Below are positions 10,727 to 22,366 of a stretch of 64,000 nt of DNA, piece after piece. Source of the DNA: Spirochaetia bacterium (GTDB lineage: Bacteria; Spirochaetota; Spirochaetia; WTKD01; G963693115). The stretch spans positions 585,672 to 649,671 of the forward strand of contig OZ245332.1 of the NCBI GenBank assembly GCA_965226065.1, read 5' to 3'. The notes under the pieces were generated by a model. The model was given only the letters and a program-made list of their open reading frames with translations, did no database searches and was not told the DNA's origin. Position 1 is the first letter of the stretch, and every line of letters starts with the position of its first letter. Both the position numbers and the translations under genes were made by a program.

Positions 10727-11543
10727 TTAGTACCAACTGGGCGGGCTCGTTACACCGCTGTTTAGGAACATATCTCGCTTGTGTTGTAAGCTCAATACCT
10801 TATATGCCCATTTATTGAGGGCTTGATTGAACTTTTTAGCATTGAAAAACATATAGTTCATGTTGACTACCTTCGATACATCCCAACTTGAGATGTATTG
10901 ATTGAAATTAGAAGCATTGTCAAACATAGTGTACATATTAGTTACCTTTGATACATCCCAATCTGATATATCTTGATTAAACTTAGTAGCACTGTTAAAC
11001 ATACTTTGCATAGTGGTTACGCTTGATACATCCCACTCACTGATATTTCCGTTAAATGCAGTATTATCCTTAAACAAACTACTCATGTCGGTAATACTCA
11101 ATGTATTGCTGTAGTTTAGGTTCACATCGTCTCCGTGTTCCTCTATGGCTTTGGCAATTTCCTTTATCAATTCTACCTTACTGGATGCTACAAAAACAGT
11201 AAACTCAATAGGACCGCTGTCGATTGTTTCGGATCCCTTAGTAGCTACCACCACAACATCACTTACTACACCTGTATTCTCATCCATCTCATTAAGAAAT
11301 ACAACACCGCTTTTATTATCTTTTAATCTGTACGTATGCCCTTCTACCTTTTGAAATGTAATCGGTATTGTCCATCTCACACTCTCGCTACTTAAGTCGG
11401 GTTTTGTCGGTGGTGTTATCTCTTGTGATATCCTACCCTGTTGTGTAATAGCCTTCTTTTCTGTATCACAACTCGTGAATACGAATAGTATCAATGCAAT
11501 AATAGCTATCGCAATGAATATTCTTTTTTTTTAAGGCTCTCAT
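10727..11543 (-). pseudogene. DUF285/BspA-like repeat lipoprotein, out of frame at an A9 tract in the signal peptide
   Basis: ATG 11543 reads MRALKK; A8 would give KRIFIAIAIIALILFVFTSC and join the 255-aa ORF with WDVSSVTTMQSMF-type repeats. Confidence 0.75.
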
Positions 11544-11566
11544 CAATGTCATTCTTTATTCCTTAT

Positions 11567-11593
11567 AAAAAAGGAGCCTATTGCTAGACTCCT
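11567..11593 (-). terminator. Rho-independent terminator
   Basis: AGGAGTCTA-GCAA-TAGGCTCCT hairpin followed by T6 on the minus strand. Confidence 0.75.
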
Positions 11594-11646
11594 ACGCAGT
11601 TATTAAACCATTGAAAAACAAACAAATACCGATGATGAATTAACCG

Positions 11647-11865
11647 CTATATATTTTCACATTGTTTTAGTACTTCGTCTCTTTCTTTAGCTTTTCCTTA
11701 TCATTTTCGCTTTGTTTCTGTAGTGCGTCTAAAACTCTTATTGCCTTATCATATATTTCTCTCATATCTTCTTTGCAAAGTACAATTTTTTTATTCTTAT
11801 CTTCGCAAGACACAAAAATAAGGCAAGCAATAATATTGCTACATATACATGATTTTAATTTCCAT
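11647..11865 (-). pseudogene. Family A lipoprotein, frameshifted
   Basis: Core DKNKKIVLCKEDMREIYDKAIRVLDALQKQSE nearly identical to the 10095 gene; shifts in the signal peptide and at AAGAAAGAGAC (vs AAGAAAAAAAGAGAC); alternate frame ends RDEVLKQCENI*. Confidence 0.7.
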
Positions 11866-11872
11866 TTTTTCG

Positions 11873-12776
11873 CTACCACCAACTAGGCTTGTTTTTCTCT
11901 AGCCCACTACGTGTAAACATATTGGTCCTACTTACACTGCTTAATATCTTTGATGCCCATTTTGATAAGTCTTGATTAAATTTAGTAGCTTTATAAAACA
12001 TAAAACGCATCTTGGTTACGCTTGACACATCCCACTCACTAATATCACCATTGAATTCAGTAGCTCCATGAAACATACTTACCATATTAGTTACGCTTGA
12101 TACATCCCATTTACTAATGTCTCCATTGAAACTAGCTTTTCCTTTAAAAAGACCGCTCATGTCTGTGATGCTTGATGTATCAAGGTAGTTTAGATTTACA
12201 TTATTTCCGTAGTCTTTTATCTACTTCAATTTCTGCTTGTAATGCTACCTTGTTTGCTACATGAAGGAGAAAGTCGATAGGGTCGCTTTCGATTTGCTCC
12301 GATCCTTTTGTAGCAACTACTACCACATCAACTACTACCTGCGTAGCTTTTACCTGGTGTATATTCTCACTCACATCACCAAGACTTACGAAACCTTGTT
12401 TATTATCTTTTAGTCTGTACGTATGCCCTTCTACCTTTTGAAATGTAATCGGTGTTTCCCAACGCACACGCTGGGCACTTAATGCGGGCTTTGTTAGTGG
12501 TGTTTCACTTTCTGGCTCTGGGGTGTCTTCTGGCCTACTGCCTGCCTCACCTTCTGTAACCTGTACCTTACCCTGTATAACCTGTATAGTTTTGGTCTTA
12601 CTCTGTGTATTGCCCTGTACATTATTAGCGAGACTTGTGCCATTCTCCGCTTTTGCTACCGTTTCTGCTACCGTTTCATCAATAGCCTTTGTAATTGCGT
12701 CTTTTGCTTTCTTATCATCGCAAGAGATGAACAAAGCTAATGCAATAATTATTATTGCGGTATATATTTTTTTCAT
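11873..12776 (-). pseudogene. DUF285/BspA-like repeat lipoprotein split by a frameshift near 12221
   Basis: ORFs 12201..12776 and 11873..12160 join as ALQAEIEV/IKDYGNNVNLNYLDTSSITDMSGLF, matching intact paralogues. Confidence 0.85.
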
Positions 12777-12794
12777 AATATCTTCTCCTTATGA

Positions 12795-13054
12795 TTATTT
12801 ATTTCTAAAAATTTTCACACTTTTTTAGTCCTTCGTCTCTTTCTTTTCTTAGCTTTTGTTTGCCATCTTCAATAACATTTTTTACTGCTGTCTTGTTGAT
12901 ATCTTTTTGTGCATTCAAAACATAGATTGCGTCATCATATATCATTTGTATATCTCTTTTACAAGCGTCAATTTTTGCTTAAGTCTTTGCAAGACACAGA
13001 CAATAATGAGGATGCGATAATAAATATCGCTATAAATATTCTTTTGTTCATCAT
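12795..13054 (-). pseudogene. Family A lipoprotein, frameshifted at an A5 run (not in the ORF track)
   Basis: MMNKRIFIAIFIIASSLLSVSCKDLS / KIDACKRDIQMIYDDAIYVLNAQK...KLRKERDEGLKKCENFRNK*; one extra A at 12972..12976; AAGGA RBS. Confidence 0.75.
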
Positions 13055-13375
13055 GAAAATTCCTTATGTGTATTGATTGGCTCAATGTTTTTTATTTATT
13101 TGATACATGTGATTTCTTCTACAATTTTTTATTTGAAATAGTTTTTCTAACAATTAAAAAAAATAAACTTCCAACATTATACATAGTGGTACATTTACTC
13201 TTTTTTTCAAGTGTTTTTTTATCTAAAATACATTACAATTTTGTCATGTTATGCACAACCTAATTTGGACAGACAAAGCCTAATTTTGGGTATACGCTTT
13301 TATTTTTATTATCGATTCTAACTTGACAGATATGATGTCGCTTTGTTTTGTATAGTCATGAAACTCGATAAGTTT

Positions 13376-15043
13376 TTATTCACTTTTCAAAACTTCGATA
13401 GTTTGCTTTGCCTGAGTGCGTATTGTAGAAGGAACCGCGACATCCTCAGACATCTGCTGAACAGTGTCGAGAAACTGCGCAAATTTGTTTTTGGCAATGA
13501 TAGTAAGCGTATTTTTTTGTATGGTAGTATCAGGATGCTGTAACATAAGCGCAGCAATATCGCTTATTTGTGCATTATTCTCAGAGGCAAGTATACTCGA
13601 TACTTTTTGCATGAGTGCAAGTGAATCTGAAAAAAAACCTTGTCTTTGCTTCGACTCATCAATAATTTTTTCTACCATTGCTTGTAATGCTTCTACGCCA
13701 CCATTATCGGCATAGGCTGTAAGCGCAACTTCTATATATTTGCTGTTAACCACGTTAAGTGTGTTTATGTTCTTCACGGCATTGAGAATAAAAGTTCTAC
13801 CTTCAGAAAATTTTGAAAACGTATCTACGGCTTTTTCACGCACCACATCAGAGGTATCATTTTCAACTATAAATGATACAGCATCAAAAAATAACGCTTT
13901 TTCTTCTTCTGAAAAAAAATCAAACAATGCCTTAATGCGCGTGAGCACAGCCTTTCTTACTTCAATAGTATCATCGCGAATTCCATCGATAAGCCACTGC
14001 GGTATAAAGGAATAGTATTCCATCATAGGCTGTTCGACTTCAGAAGAGTCGTGTGTATACAAGGCTTGAAACAGTGTCTCGCGAATTTGTGCAGATGGAT
14101 CTTTTCGTGCATTTTCAAAAACTTCAAGACGGCGTTTGCGAACATTGACAAATGTATCGTCTGTTAAATCAAAGGCACCAAGTGCAAGAATTACAGAGCG
14201 TCTTTGCGACTGGGTTATTCGCCTCTCATCTTCTACAATGCGTAAAATAAATGGCAATGCATTATATGCTTTTATTTTTCCAAGCGTAATAATAACTTCA
14301 TCTTGTACTGCCTTTGTAAAAAGGAGTTCATAATTTTTTATAAGCTGCCATGATAACAATCGATTTTTTGGATCATCACTATCAATAGGCATATTTTTTA
14401 TGCTAGTATTGGTGTTTTCAGATGACAGGTACGCATCTTCAAAAAAAGAGTCTCCATAATAAGCCTCATCGGCTTCGCTATAATAATAAGGCACGATACT
14501 TAACGCAGTAAGCGATAATCTAGGGTTATCTTTTTCGAGAATATGCATTATCGTTTTGTTAAGCATATTTTTCATTTCATCACTAAGACTATCAACCATG
14601 TCTTGTATATAAAAAAATGCAAACTGCAGTGCCTTCAAAGGGTAGTCTCTGAAATCTTTTACCAAAGAGAGTGCTAGCTCTACAGCTTCGATAGATTTGA
14701 CTTCACGCAAGTACGTAAAAGCTGAGACAAGGACTTTTTCGTTTTTGCTACTACGCATACGTTTCATTACATCAGGTACAAAGGAGGTAAGTCCCATAGC
14801 ACTAAGCGTTTTAAGACTTTCTATCACCGCATTGTCAGTACCAAACCGTAGCGTTTGTCGTATGCGCGTAAATTCTGTATCATTCTTGCTTTCTTCAATT
14901 TCCGCATTCTTGTCCTGAATGGTTTCTCCGTTCTCCTGTGTAAAAGCGCATACAGATGTGAAAAGAAAAACCATACAAAAACACAAAATATAGCAACATA
15001 GTCTATAAGATGTGTTCATTTTCTCTTGTGTATTTTTATTCAT
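13376..15043 (-). CDS. Exported HEAT-repeat protein
   Basis: Signal peptide; repeated helical motifs (D....IR...F.AL, D...VR..AV). Confidence 0.7.
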   Translation of the reverse strand: MNKNTQEKMNTSYRLCCYILCFCMVFLFTSVCAFTQENGETIQDKNAEIEESKNDTEFTRIRQTLRFGTDNAVIESLKTLSAMGLTSFVPDVMKRMRSSKNEKVLVSAFTYLREVKSIEAVELALSLVKDFRDYPLKALQFAFFYIQDMVDSLSDEMKNMLNKTIMHILEKDNPRLSLTALSIVPYYYSEADEAYYGDSFFEDAYLSSENTNTSIKNMPIDSDDPKNRLLSWQLIKNYELLFTKAVQDEVIITLGKIKAYNALPFILRIVEDERRITQSQRRSVILALGAFDLTDDTFVNVRKRRLEVFENARKDPSAQIRETLFQALYTHDSSEVEQPMMEYYSFIPQWLIDGIRDDTIEVRKAVLTRIKALFDFFSEEEKALFFDAVSFIVENDTSDVVREKAVDTFSKFSEGRTFILNAVKNINTLNVVNSKYIEVALTAYADNGGVEALQAMVEKIIDESKQRQGFFSDSLALMQKVSSILASENNAQISDIAALMLQHPDTTIQKNTLTIIAKNKFAQFLDTVQQMSEDVAVPSTIRTQAKQTIEVLKSE

Positions 15044-16665
15044 CGTCTGTATGTGCGAATCATCGAAAGTACTGATATTCCAACTCCTCTATAACCTATT
15101 ATACAAGTCGCAATAAGAAACACAGAAATTCCGATAAACAAAGCAATAGTAAAAAGTGTGCTTCCTGCATACCAATAGTTTTTTGTAACACTGAAAATTA
15201 CATACGAAATTATAAAAAGAGGAATATTACCTGCGATAATTTTTGCCAAATATCGTATTGAAATAAGTGAGTGTGAAGTAAGACGAAAGAAACATAGATA
15301 GAGTATCGGCGTTACTACAAAGCATGCAAGGGTATAGGCTACAGATATTCCGGTAACGGCGAGTTGCGTGCGAACGAAAAACATCGTAGCAATAATATCG
15401 ATACATGTAAAGATAGCAGAAAATATGAGTACAATGTGTGCTTTTTCTCGTGCATACAAAAGTTTGTTAAGCATTTGATAAAGCGCAAAAGGAATGAGAG
15501 AGAAAGAAAATCCTTGTAAAACGCGAGCCGTTGCATAGCAATGATCGGCGGTAAATTTTCCGCGTTGTAAAGCGATGGCAACGCCAGCATGTGCGAAAAA
15601 AAACATGAGTATTGTTAGGGGTACCGCAAATATAAGAAGCATACGAACGCTGTTTTGTTCATAGCGAAGTACATCAGCAGCATGTGCCTTGTCATTATTT
15701 TTAATCGTGGTTATTACATACGAAAAACCAATCGCAATAATGGAATTAAATACTACTCCAATCGGAAATTGCCAAAATATTATAGCATACGAAAAAAACG
15801 AACTGCTACCTTCAGGTAAAGTGCTTGCAAAATAAAATGCAACTTGCTGTCCAATAATAGGTATAAGCAATGCGAGACTTATTGGTACAAAGTGGGCAAA
15901 TGTCTGCTTAATTGCTTTTGTAAAGGCAAGAGATAATCTTAGTTTATACCCTATGGGACGAAGCGTAAGAAATAACAAGCTGCTTTGAACAAAACCACCG
16001 AACACATAGCCCCATGCAGCAGAGTATATGCCCCAAGAACCTGCAAAAAATACAATAGACGTGATAACACACAATGAGAGAATCAACGGGACAAGCGCGG
16101 GAATAAGAAAATTTTTATGTGTTTGTTGTATGCCTCCTGCAATTGCGGAAAGCACCATAAATAAAAGAAAAAATACGACAATAGAAAATAAGTGTGAGGC
16201 AAGCTTTTCATCACTAAGCGATTGAAAACGAAAAAACAGTTTCACAATGCTATGAGAAAAAAAACTCATAAACGCCGTAAAAAAACTTACGGGTATACCT
16301 ATCCAAAATAATAAGCTTGCAAAAAATTGTTGTGATTCCTCTGTTTTTTCAATAAGGCCATTGTCATCCTTCGTAATTGTTTTTGCAAACACTGGCATAA
16401 ACGCATGCGACAGCGCTCCTTCCGCAAATAATTTTCTAAAATTGTTTGGAATAGATAAGACAAGATTTAATATATCTGCCAATGTACTCGCTCCAAAAAA
16501 CGCACTAATTATCCCAATTCGTATAAATCCGACAATACGAGATGTCATTGTACACAATGAAATGATGAAAGTTGTTTCATTTATTTTATTCTCAGTCGAT
16601 CTGGTATTTTCCTGCATAACGTTTTCTGTAGATGAACAGGAGTTTTGTTTTTGCTTAGGAATCAT
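15040..16665 (-). CDS. murJ: Lipid II flippase MurJ
   Basis: SRIVGFIR...FGAS...IPNNFRKLFAEGALSHAFMPVF, QRGKFT motifs. Confidence 0.92.
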   Translation of the reverse strand: MIPKQKQNSCSSTENVMQENTRSTENKINETTFIISLCTMTSRIVGFIRIGIISAFFGASTLADILNLVLSIPNNFRKLFAEGALSHAFMPVFAKTITKDDNGLIEKTEESQQFFASLLFWIGIPVSFFTAFMSFFSHSIVKLFFRFQSLSDEKLASHLFSIVVFFLLFMVLSAIAGGIQQTHKNFLIPALVPLILSLCVITSIVFFAGSWGIYSAAWGYVFGGFVQSSLLFLTLRPIGYKLRLSLAFTKAIKQTFAHFVPISLALLIPIIGQQVAFYFASTLPEGSSSFFSYAIIFWQFPIGVVFNSIIAIGFSYVITTIKNNDKAHAADVLRYEQNSVRMLLIFAVPLTILMFFFAHAGVAIALQRGKFTADHCYATARVLQGFSFSLIPFALYQMLNKLLYAREKAHIVLIFSAIFTCIDIIATMFFVRTQLAVTGISVAYTLACFVVTPILYLCFFRLTSHSLISIRYLAKIIAGNIPLFIISYVIFSVTKNYWYAGSTLFTIALFIGISVFLIATCIIGYRGVGISVLSMIRTYRR

Positions 16666-16666
16666 A

Positions 16667-17794
16667 TTATCGAGATGTTTTTTTATAGAGCAGAATACTA
16701 AATAATAATATGACTATGGTACTCAGCCATGCGCCTATAAATGGCGAAACCACAAAACGCGAGGCAAGGATGCTACCGATGAGATCTATGCTGTAATATA
16801 CAACTGCCATGATAAGAGACATGAGTAAACTGACAAAAAAGGTATTTTTCCCATACGCATTTGCAGCAAAGCAGGCTATAACTACAACGATGAAAGGACT
16901 TATCGATAGCGGAATGCGTCCGTGAGTATCCGTAAGAACCTTTCTATATGAAAGCCCATTTTCTTTAAGCGTGCGCACATATTCAAATGCCTCAGCGTAT
17001 CGCATTTCATCGACATTACTCACCACATTTCTAAAGTTACTGGGAATAAAGTTAAAGGCAGGGTCAGAAAACGTATCGTGTAAAGTCAATGATATGGGAA
17101 CTGGTTCTTGCGATATCTCTAAAGAATCGCTTTGATAGTTTTGTGGTTGTGCGTATTGAAAAACTTTGACATTGTAAAACATCCATTGCGTTTCATCCCA
17201 TACTGCTCGAGACGCATCTATGCGTCTTACAAAACTATGATCAGTTAAGTTTGTCTCTATCACAATAACATCCGAAAGTGACTTATCTGCGTCATCATAA
17301 AAATTCGCCCTATACAATATTTTTCCCCCACCTTGGATAACTGCTACATTCTCATTACTGCCTGCTAGCTCTTTGTTCAACGATATTCGCGTAAGATCAT
17401 TTTTTTGCTTCACCGTCTCTATGACAACATATTCTTTGAAGAAAAAATTCCCTATACCAAGCAATAATCCTAGTAGCAACAGTGGTACAACAAAACGAAT
17501 AAGAGAAATTCCCGAAGCATAGACCGCGATAAGTTCATTGTTTGAATAGAGACTACTCATAGTAAAAGAGACAGAAAACAGCAGTGCAACAGGCAAGGCA
17601 TAAGAAATACTTTGCGGTAAATGCAAATATTGAATTTTTAAAATAGTTCTCCATGGAACTTCTTCAAAAAGATATCGAAGTAAATTAACAAATATATCTA
17701 ATGTCTCTACAAAAAGCGTAAAAAATAATAAAGATCCGAATGCTGTCGGAATAAACAAACGCAATAAATATCTACGTAAGATGAAAATAGCCAC
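16667..17794 (-). CDS. lptG: LptG/YjgQ-family permease
   Basis: ILRRYL, LPVALLFS, NNELIAVYASGISL; GTG at 17794 overlapping the lptF stop preferred as start. Confidence 0.8.
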   Translation of the reverse strand: MAIFILRRYLLRLFIPTAFGSLLFFTLFVETLDIFVNLLRYLFEEVPWRTILKIQYLHLPQSISYALPVALLFSVSFTMSSLYSNNELIAVYASGISLIRFVVPLLLLGLLLGIGNFFFKEYVVIETVKQKNDLTRISLNKELAGSNENVAVIQGGGKILYRANFYDDADKSLSDVIVIETNLTDHSFVRRIDASRAVWDETQWMFYNVKVFQYAQPQNYQSDSLEISQEPVPISLTLHDTFSDPAFNFIPSNFRNVVSNVDEMRYAEAFEYVRTLKENGLSYRKVLTDTHGRIPLSISPFIVVVIACFAANAYGKNTFFVSLLMSLIMAVVYYSIDLIGSILASRFVVSPFIGAWLSTIVILLFSILLYKKTSR

Positions 17795-19152
17795 TATATG
17801 TTCCTTTTTATATAGAAGAAAATAGTCCCCAAAATAAAGACCACAATATTCGGTATCCACATCGTAATAAATGCGGGCAATTCGGGATTAGCAATAAGAA
17901 TGCTTTGCAAAACTATAATAAGAAACCAATAGATAAACGAAATAATAAGCCCAGTTCCAAAACCCACAGATTTGCCGCTACGCTTGTAAAAAAGCCCTAC
18001 AGGGAATGCGAAAAATACAAATAACAGCGTTGCAAACGGAAATGAGAGCTTTCTATAAAGCACTACTTTATATACGTGAATGGTACTATTAAAAAGAGAC
18101 TCAGACTGTAGTGCGCTATATTGATTAAGAAAATTGTTTATAGAAGGGGCAAATGTTTTTTGCAGCTTAGAAGAAGGTTCTGCATCATAAGTGATAACAT
18201 CTCTCGCATAACGCTGATATTCACCTAAAACTATAGAACGCGTACTATAAAGATTATCTATATGCGCCCGCTCTTCGGGTATCACGTTCTCTTTCTCCTC
18301 TGTCCGTGCCTCTTTTACAAGATCTCGCACGCTCTTACTATCTAAACTAATACTTTTGACATCCTGCGTGATATCTTGCAAAAGCACATTATACGATATT
18401 TTTTTCCCTTGTATGTAATTGTACTCATTAGGATTATCTTTGTCGCTTATACTTACCACATTATATAAATCTAGTGAAATAACACCATTATCGCTGTTTT
18501 TTATTTCTGCATTTTGCGATACGATAGTACGTTTGTTATCATTGCTATCAGTGTCTACAATAACAAGTCCTTCTATTTCTGTGCCACGCACGCTCTTTAC
18601 CAAGATGACATCATTTTGATATTTGGTAATAGAATTATTTTGAAGTCCTAATTGAGGATTAAGTGATAATATTTTTTGAAACTGCTTATTGTATTGTATT
18701 GCTCCCCATGGACGCAGTACTTCAATAGTGAAAACAGAAAAAAGCATCACAATACATGCCATAAATACATATGGAATAAATGTCTTTTGAAAAGAAACGC
18801 CAAGAGCTCGCATTGCAACAAACTCATTTTGAGCTGAAAATCCCCCTACGCTCATAAGACAGGCAACCAAAGTAGCAAAGGGAATAGAAAGTGAAATAAT
18901 TTCTGGAAGTTTAAACAACAATAATTGCAATACTTCAAAAAATGGAATACTTATTTCTAAAATATCTTTCGCAAAAAGTAGTATTTGATTAAATATAAAT
19001 ATTACTACAAAAAATGCAAATGTTACAAAGAAAGAAAAAATAAAATCAAAGAGTATATATCTCCACAATATCCATGGAAGACACAACTTCTCTATTGCGT
19101 GTATGGGATAAAAAAATACCTTTGTATATTTATGCAATGAATTGTATAGCAC
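17794..19152 (-). CDS. lptF: LptF/YjgP-family permease
   Basis: ILWRYI, IPFATLVA, NEFVAMRALGVS, KLSFPF, WIPN motifs. Confidence 0.8.
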   Translation of the reverse strand: MLYNSLHKYTKVFFYPIHAIEKLCLPWILWRYILFDFIFSFFVTFAFFVVIFIFNQILLFAKDILEISIPFFEVLQLLLFKLPEIISLSIPFATLVACLMSVGGFSAQNEFVAMRALGVSFQKTFIPYVFMACIVMLFSVFTIEVLRPWGAIQYNKQFQKILSLNPQLGLQNNSITKYQNDVILVKSVRGTEIEGLVIVDTDSNDNKRTIVSQNAEIKNSDNGVISLDLYNVVSISDKDNPNEYNYIQGKKISYNVLLQDITQDVKSISLDSKSVRDLVKEARTEEKENVIPEERAHIDNLYSTRSIVLGEYQRYARDVITYDAEPSSKLQKTFAPSINNFLNQYSALQSESLFNSTIHVYKVVLYRKLSFPFATLLFVFFAFPVGLFYKRSGKSVGFGTGLIISFIYWFLIIVLQSILIANPELPAFITMWIPNIVVFILGTIFFYIKRNI

Positions 19153-19170
19153 AACCTAACGCTTACATTT

Positions 19171-19635
19171 TTACAATTTACCAGTAGACCCAAACCCATT
19201 GGTAAATCGACTGCGCACTTTATCACACGCAGGAAGATCGTCAAAACATTCGGTTATCATAAAAGTCGCACGTTCGCACTTCGTAATAACAAGCTGGGCA
19301 ATGCGCTGACCATTCTCAATCGTATACGCGGTATTACTCATATTGATAAGTGGTATATGTATTTCTCCACGATAATCTGCATCTATCGTACCAACTGCAT
19401 TTATTAAAGTAATGCCATGTTCAAACGATAAGCCCGAACGAGGACGTACCTGCCCCTCATACCCTTGTGGCAACGCTATATAAGTGTTGGTTGGAACGAG
19501 AATACGCTCAAATGGCTTGATGAGAATAGGTTCATTGAGATACGCGCGCAAATCTGCCCCTGCAGCAAGCGCACTTTTATACTCAGGAGCAGAACCCCAA
19601 ACAGATACCTTAATTGTAGGAACACTCATATACAA
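19171..19635 (-). CDS. dut: dUTP diphosphatase
   Basis: AGADL, RPRSGL, GTIDADYRGE, RIAQLV, GFGSTG. Confidence 0.97.
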   Translation of the reverse strand: MYMSVPTIKVSVWGSAPEYKSALAAGADLRAYLNEPILIKPFERILVPTNTYIALPQGYEGQVRPRSGLSFEHGITLINAVGTIDADYRGEIHIPLINMSNTAYTIENGQRIAQLVITKCERATFMITECFDDLPACDKVRSRFTNGFGSTGKL

Positions 19636-19648
19636 ATATTATATAAAA

Positions 19649-21859
19649 TTACCGTTCGTGTCTTTTTGAATGATGATTCTCATAGTTTCTTCTTCCACCG
19701 CCACGTCTATGAGTATCATTTCTCATACCCGATCTACCATCACGTCCGCGATTGTTTCTATGCGAACTCGTCGAATACGAAGCATCATCACCATTCATTG
19801 CCAAATTTATGCGCCCCATACGATCTATTTCTATAATCTTAACTTCTACCTCATCATTAAGCTGTAACACATCTTCTACAGATTCTACTCGTTCGGTAGA
19901 AATTCTACTAATATGACATAGTCCTTCTTTCCCTGGCAACACTTCTATAAACGCTCCAAAGTCTGTAATTCGCTTTACAATACCTGTATAGGTTTTACCA
20001 ACTTCAGGTTCTTCAAGTAACTTTAGCAAATCTTGCTTTGCAAGATTTCCCGCATTCATGTCTTGCGAATAAATCGTTATTTGCCCATTGTCTCCGATGT
20101 TCGCTTGGACGTTGTGTTTTTCTGTAATCGCACGAATAGTTTTACCGCCCGTCCCAATGAGAGTGCCAATATGCTCTGTATCAACTGCAAAAGTTATAAT
20201 GCGCGGCGCATAAGGTGAAAGCTCTTCGTGAGAGGTAGAAATCGTATCATTCATAACAGTGAGTATATGAAGTCGTCCTACTCGTGCTTGTTCAAGTGCC
20301 GTACGCATAGTCTGTGCACTGACATTTTTAACCTTAATATCCATTTGGAATGCAGTAATACCATCTTTTGTACCCGCAACTTTAAAATCCATATCACCGA
20401 GATGATCTTCTTCGCCTAAAATATCTGAAAGTACCACCGTACCACGTTCGTCGGTTATAAGTCCCATGGCTATTCCTGCAACAGAATTTGTTATTGGCAC
20501 ACCAGCATCCATAAGACTTAAAGATCCTGAACATACTGTTGCCATAGATGAAGAACCATTCGACTCTAAAACTTCCGATACAACGCGAATAGTATAAGGA
20601 AAAACATCTTGAGAAGGCAGTACTGCTTGAACCGCTCGATAGGCGAGATGCCCATGTCCTATCTCTCTTCTTCCTGTCATAAGACGCCCCGTTTCACCTA
20701 CAGAATACGGAGGAAAATTGTAATGAAGCAAAAATCGTTCTCGTCTATCGCCATCAATATCATCAAATATTTGCTCATCAGAAGCACTACCTAAGGTTAC
20801 AACTCCAAGCGATTGTGTCTCACCACGAGTAAAAAGCGATGAACCGTGCGTGTGGGTAAGAACACTAGTCTTACATTCTATGTCGCGTATGTCTTCGGGT
20901 CCTCTTCCATCCGTGCGTATTTTTTTTGTCAAAATGTTTGAGCGCACTATTTCTTGCTCTAATTCATCAAGCGCTTTATAAATATATTTTTCATCTTCTT
21001 TTTCAATCTGCGATGAAAAATGCTCTTTGGCATTTTCTATAACGACTTTAATAGCTTCCGATCTGTTGTCTTTGCCTTTGACGTAGCATGCGTTTTCCAT
21101 TTCGCTGCGCGCAAAAGTCTTTATATCGTCATGTAATGAAAATTCACTTACTTCTAACAGCAGCTGCTTCTTTTTACCGCATAAAGCGACAAGATCATTT
21201 TGTGCTTCACATATTTTTGTTATAGCAGGTCGCGCAAAATCTATCGCATCTAAAAGCTTATCTTCTGAAACTTCGTGAGCACCACCTTCTACCATAGTGA
21301 TACCTTCAAGTGTTCCCGCAACAATTAACTCAAGCTCTGCTTGCATTATTTCTTCAAAAATGGGGTTAAGAATATACTCCCCATTTACCATTGCAATACG
21401 TACTGCACCAACGGGTCCATCAAACGGTATATCACTTACCATAACAGCGGCAGAAGCAGCGCACATAGCAACAACGTCAGCAGGATTTACTTTATCACTA
21501 GAAAGCGTAGTCGGGATAAGCTGAATTTCTCGCTTGAAATTTTTATGAAAAAGTGGTCTCATAGGTCTATCAATAAGTCGAGAGACTAGTATCTCTTTAT
21601 CTTTAGGGCGCGTTTCTCGTTTTATAAATCCGCCCGGTATCTTACCCGCAGCATAGTATTTTTCGTTGTATTCTACTTGTAATGGAATAAAATCTAAATC
21701 TTCATTTGGAGAACTAGAACAACAAACAGTAGCTAATACCGAAGTACCGCTTTCGTACATTGCAAATACTGAACCATTTGCCTGCCTTGCCATGTACCCT
21801 GTTTGTAATACAAGTTTTTTATCCCCAATATCCACAGAAACTTCATCTGTATGTATCAT
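19649..21859 (-). CDS. pnp: Polyribonucleotide nucleotidyltransferase
   Basis: [38 protein letters not shown] and S1 domains. Confidence 0.98.
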   Translation of the reverse strand: MIHTDEVSVDIGDKKLVLQTGYMARQANGSVFAMYESGTSVLATVCCSSSPNEDLDFIPLQVEYNEKYYAAGKIPGGFIKRETRPKDKEILVSRLIDRPMRPLFHKNFKREIQLIPTTLSSDKVNPADVVAMCAASAAVMVSDIPFDGPVGAVRIAMVNGEYILNPIFEEIMQAELELIVAGTLEGITMVEGGAHEVSEDKLLDAIDFARPAITKICEAQNDLVALCGKKKQLLLEVSEFSLHDDIKTFARSEMENACYVKGKDNRSEAIKVVIENAKEHFSSQIEKEDEKYIYKALDELEQEIVRSNILTKKIRTDGRGPEDIRDIECKTSVLTHTHGSSLFTRGETQSLGVVTLGSASDEQIFDDIDGDRRERFLLHYNFPPYSVGETGRLMTGRREIGHGHLAYRAVQAVLPSQDVFPYTIRVVSEVLESNGSSSMATVCSGSLSLMDAGVPITNSVAGIAMGLITDERGTVVLSDILGEEDHLGDMDFKVAGTKDGITAFQMDIKVKNVSAQTMRTALEQARVGRLHILTVMNDTISTSHEELSPYAPRIITFAVDTEHIGTLIGTGGKTIRAITEKHNVQANIGDNGQITIYSQDMNAGNLAKQDLLKLLEEPEVGKTYTGIVKRITDFGAFIEVLPGKEGLCHISRISTERVESVEDVLQLNDEVEVKIIEIDRMGRINLAMNGDDASYSTSSHRNNRGRDGRSGMRNDTHRRGGGRRNYENHHSKRHER

Positions 21860-22016
21860 AAAATGCTCCTTAATCTACTCTAGTATTGATGGACCATAAA
21901 TACCATCTCGTTAATTTTTACAAATACGTAACAATATGAAACACTACGATAGTTCATCAGAAAGAAATAAAAATTTAATAATAATTGTAATTGTAAAATT
22001 TATCTTGAAAGGCAAA

Positions 22017-22286
22017 CTAATGACGTAAACCTAACTCTTTAATAAGAGTTCTATATTTTTCAAGATTTTTTCTTTGTAAATATCGCAGTAGTCTACGCCG
22101 ACGACCAACATATTTCAAAAGAACATTTCTGTTACTCCAATCTCGCTTATAAGTCTTACCATGAGCAGTAAGATGATTTATGTTCTGTGTTAAGAGTGCA
22201 ATTTGCACACAAGTATCACCCGTGTTTTTTTCATTGCCGCCATATTTTACAAATAAAGCTTTTTTTTCCTCAGTACCACTACTCAC
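22017..22286 (-). CDS. rpsO: 30S ribosomal protein S15
   Basis: NTGDTCVQIALLT...VGRRRRLLRYL...LIKELGLR; GTG start with GAGGAG RBS. Confidence 0.95.
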   Translation of the reverse strand: MSSGTEEKKALFVKYGGNEKNTGDTCVQIALLTQNINHLTAHGKTYKRDWSNRNVLLKYVGRRRRLLRYLQRKNLEKYRTLIKELGLRH

Positions 22287-22313
22287 TAATATAACTCCTC
22301 TAATTATATAAGC

Positions 22314-22343
22314 ATTGTAATGCTATACAGAGTCTTTTGTCAA
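22314..22343 (-). promoter_or_regulatory. Sigma70-type promoter for rpsO-pnp
   Basis: TTGACA-18 nt-TACAAT on the minus strand; palindrome AGCATT-GT-AATGCT overlaps the -10. Confidence 0.6.
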
Positions 22344-22366
22344 CGAAATGCAATAACAGTAATAAG

